Program-made: the position numbers and the translations under genes
In this document: piece after piece, positions 60,780-64,000 of the stretch
Layout of the letters: each line of letters starts with the position of its first letter
How positions within the stretch are numbered: position 1 is the first letter of the stretch
Origin: Lama guanicoe
Taxonomy: Eukaryota
Direction: 5' to 3'
Length of the DNA: 64,000 bases
Assembly (NCBI GenBank): GCA_013239625.1
Contig: MU055785.1
Coordinates: 930,001 to 994,000 of the forward strand
The notes under the pieces: model-generated
Told to the model about the DNA's origin: nothing
Database searches by the model: none
The model's input: only the letters and a program-made list of their open reading frames with translations

Positions 60780-62730
60780 TTTTTAAAGCTTTTGTAAAGT
60801 CTAATTGACAAAATTACAAGATTTAAAGTGTGCAGTGTTGGTGATTTGCTCTGTGTATATGTTGTTAATTAACTTGATTCCCTCCATCAAGTTAATGAAA
60901 AATCCATCAGCTCACCTACTTGCCCTTTTTGTATGTGAGAACATTTACCATCCACTCTGCAGCAAATTTGCATTATACAGTGCAGTGTCATCAACTGTGG
61001 TTGCTATGTTTTGCATTAGCTCTTCAGACCTGATTCCTCTTGTAGCTGAAAATTTGCACGCTTTTACCCTCCATGCCCCCTGCCCCTGGCAATCACTTCA
61101 CTCTCTGAGTTNNNNNNNNNNNNNNNNNNNNNNNNNNNNNNNNNNNNNNNNNNNNNNNNNNNNNNNNNNNNNNNNNNNNNNNNNNNNNNNNNNNNNNNNN
61201 NNNNNNNNNNNNNNNNNNNNNNNNNNNNNNNNNNNNNNNNNNNNNNNNNNNNNNNNNNNNNNNNNNNNNNNNNNNNNNNNNNNNNNNNNNNNNNNNNNNN
61301 NNNNNNNNNNNNNNNNNNNNNNNNNNNNNNNNNNNNNNNNNNNNNNNNNNNNNNNNNNNNNNNNNNNNNNNNNNNNNNNNNNNNNNNNNNNNNNNNNNNN
61401 NNNNNNTGGGCTCAGGAATCTCTACAAGACAATGATTTCGTTTCCTTCAGATACAGAACCAGCAGTGGGATTGCTGGATCGTATAGTCATTCTATTTTTG
61501 GTTTCTTGAGGACCCTCCATACCGTTTTCTTCGTACAGGAGGTGGCTGTGCTAGTTAACATTCCCACAGACAGTGCACCAGGGTCCCTTTTCTCCACATC
61601 CTCGCCAGCATTTGTTATCTCTTGTCTTTTTGACGCTAGCCGTTCTGACAGGTGTGAGATGATGTCTCATGGTTAATTTGATTTGCATTTCCCTGATGAT
61701 TAGTGACGTTGAGCATCTTTCCACGTACCTGTTGGCCATCTGTTAGGTCTTCTTTGGAAAAAATGTCTGTTCATTTTTTGGTTTTTGGTGTTTTTTTTTG
61801 GTTTGTTTTTTGCTCTGAGTTGTGTGAGTTGCTTGTATATTTTGGATATTAAACCTTTATCAGATAATGAGGTTTGCAAATATTTTCTCCCATTCCGTAA
61901 GTTCCTTTTCATTTTGTTGCTAGTTTCTTTTGCTCTGCAGGATTTTTTTTTTTTTTTAGTTTGTTGTAGTCCCACTAATTTATTTTTGCTTTGGTTGCTT
62001 TGCTTTTGGTATCAAATCCGAAACATCATTGCCAAGACCAGTGTCAAGGAGCTTATCCCCTATGTTTTCTCTGAGGAGCTTTACACTTCTAGATTTTATG
62101 CTTAAATTAAATGTAAAACTAAAAGTGTAAAACTGTAAGATAGGAGTCCAGTTTCATTCTTTTTATGTGGCCATCCAGTTTTTCCAACACCGTTTATTGA
62201 AAAGGACTGTCATTTCTGCCCTGTGTATTCTTGGTGCCTTTGTTATGAATTAATTGACCGTATCTTTATGGGTTTATTCCTGGGCTCTGTTCCATTCTGT
62301 TTGACTATTATGGCTTCGTAACATAGTTTGAAATTAAGAAGCATGGTACCTCCAGCTTTGTTGGTCTTTCTCAACATTATTTTGGTTATCAGGGTCTTTT
62401 GTGGTTCCATACAAATTTTAGGATTTTTTTCTTTTTCTATTTCTGTTAAAAAAAAAAAAAAGATGCCATTGGAATTGATAGGGATTTCATTGGATCTGTA
62501 GTTTGCTTTGGGTAGCACAGACATTTTAACAAAACTAATTCTTCAGTCCATGAACATGAAATTTCTTTCCATTTGCGCATTCAGTTTCCTTCAATGTATG
62601 ATAGTTTTCAGCGTGCAGCTGTTTCACCTCCTTGGTTAAATTTATTCCTAAGTGTTTTATTATTTTGGATGCTGTTGTAAATGGAATTGGTTTTCTAATT
62701 TCTCTTTCTGATAGTTCATTGTTGCAAAAG
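60780..62730 (-). mobile_element. L1 fragment with degenerate ORF2 C-terminal region
   Basis: Peptides [21 protein letters not shown]..., KHLGINLTKEVK and MSVLPKANYR resemble L1 ORF2, with frameshifts. Confidence 0.88.
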
Positions 62731-62819
62731 ACTTTAATGGAGTATGGTTTCAAAACCTTTTAAGGTCTCAAAAGAAGGCAGGAATAAATGGAGATACACC
62801 TTTTCACAGATAGGATAAC

Positions 62820-63550
62820 TTATTTATGGTGGTAAAATATAAATAACATAAAACTTACCATCGTAACCGTTTTTAAGTCTACAANNNNNNNNNNNNNNNN
62901 NNNNNNNNNNNNNNNNNNNNNNNNNNNNNNNNNNNNNNNNNNNNNNNNNNNNNNNNNNNNNNNNNNNNNNNNNNNNNNNNNNNNNNNNNNNNNNNNNNNN
63001 NNNNNNNNNNNNNNNNNNNNNNNNNNNNNNNNNNNNNNNNNNNNNNNNNNNNNNNNNNNNNNNNNNNNNNNNNNNNNNNNNNNNNNNNNNNNNNNNNNNN
63101 NNNNNNNNNNNNNNNNNNNNNNNNNNNNNNNNNNNNNNNNNNNNNNNNNNNNNNNNNNNNNNNNNNNNNNNNNNNNNNNNNNNNNNNNNNNNTGTATATA
63201 CACACCACACTTTTATTTATCCATCAATGGACATTTAGATGGTTTCTACCTTTTGGCTGTTTTGCATAATGGTGCTAGGATTATTAGTGACTGGTTGAGT
63301 TCCTGCTTTGAAATCTTTTGGGTATACACCCAAACGTGGGACTGCTGGATTGTATAGGGATTCTCTTTTTAATATTTGGGGGGGGGAACTTCCATACTGT
63401 TTGCCATAGCAATTGTACCATTTTACAGTGTTCCAGTTTCTCTACATCTTCACCAATACCTGTTGTTTTTGGTTCTGTTAATACTAACCATCCCAACGGG
63501 TATGAAGAGATCTCACTGTGGCTTTGATTTGCATTTCCCTCATGATCGGG
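62820..63550 (-). mobile_element. Second L1 3' fragment (contains an N gap)
   Basis: ggtaaaatataaataacataaaacttaccat 3' end; tttgatttgcatttccct motif. Confidence 0.75.
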
Positions 63551-63727
63551 ATGTGATGACAGAGCATTGTAAATATGTCAGTTCGCTTTAATTCATTTGA
63601 TAGAATTCCAATCAAAGTTGTGATTTTGCACACTTAAGGCGTAATGCGAGTGCAGTGGTGCTGCTACGTGAACAAACAGGGAAATGGAATAGATGAGAGA
63701 CCCAGAAGCAAGTTTCTCTGCCTGCCC

Positions 63728-63892
63728 AGTGAAGGTCTCAAACTTCACAGTACATGTCGGTCACCTGAGGATCTTATCAAAAGGCAGGTTCTGATGCAGG
63801 AAGTCTGGAGCGGGGCCTGAGATGGCACAGTTCTGAGTGTTCCCAGATGGTGCTAAGACGGCTGGGGCCTGGGCCTTACATAGCAAGCAAGG
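63728..63892. mobile_element. MER5A-like relic
   Basis: ttctgatgcaggaagtctggagcggggcctgaga motif. Confidence 0.6.
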
Positions 63893-64000
63893 TTCTACTT
63901 GGCAGAAGGGACACCGCGTGGCTTCCGGGGCTTGGTCAGAGAGACACAGCTGCCACACGGTGTCCTGCTGCTTGCGAGAGTTCAGCTGGCCTGGGTGCCA

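Noticed and set aside
60805-63210. Long ORFs containing X runs
   Set aside because: Artefacts of N gaps inside degenerate L1 sequence
52500-64000. Search for MYO1H or other coding exons upstream of FOXN4
   Set aside because: No myosin-like or other recognisable peptide in any frame; only repeats and non-coding sequence

Overview
Mammalian genomic DNA. The dispersed tRNA-Ala(AGC)-derived SINEs resemble the camelid Vic-1 family, so the source is probably a camel or alpaca/vicuna (inference). Two convergent protein-coding genes account for all coding sequence found. (1) The last 19 exons of ACACB (acetyl-CoA carboxylase 2) lie on + at 167-20891 and give 904 aa in one continuous spliced frame, including the whole carboxyltransferase (CT) domain. 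(2) The complete FOXN4 CDS lies on - at 50342-30593, with 9 coding exons and 517 aa, and its CpG-island promoter is at about 51.0-52.5 kb. The rest is intronic or intergenic and holds L1 fragments, SINEs, MIR/L2, MER DNA transposons, two solo LTRs, a 34-nt U2 snRNA retropseudogene and six N-gaps. I found no evidence of a wholly new biological system. The best leads are: a solo LTR with a periodic 7x CCAAT array plus an octamer between the two genes' 3' ends; a sense-oriented solo LTR with AATAAA in a late ACACB intron; clustered substitutions near the ACC2 CT active site; a GC-AG intron; and a possibly bidirectional FOXN4 promoter. Exon boundaries were read from splice signals and frame continuity. 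Repeat family names and orthologue comparisons are from memory and repeat boundaries are approximate.
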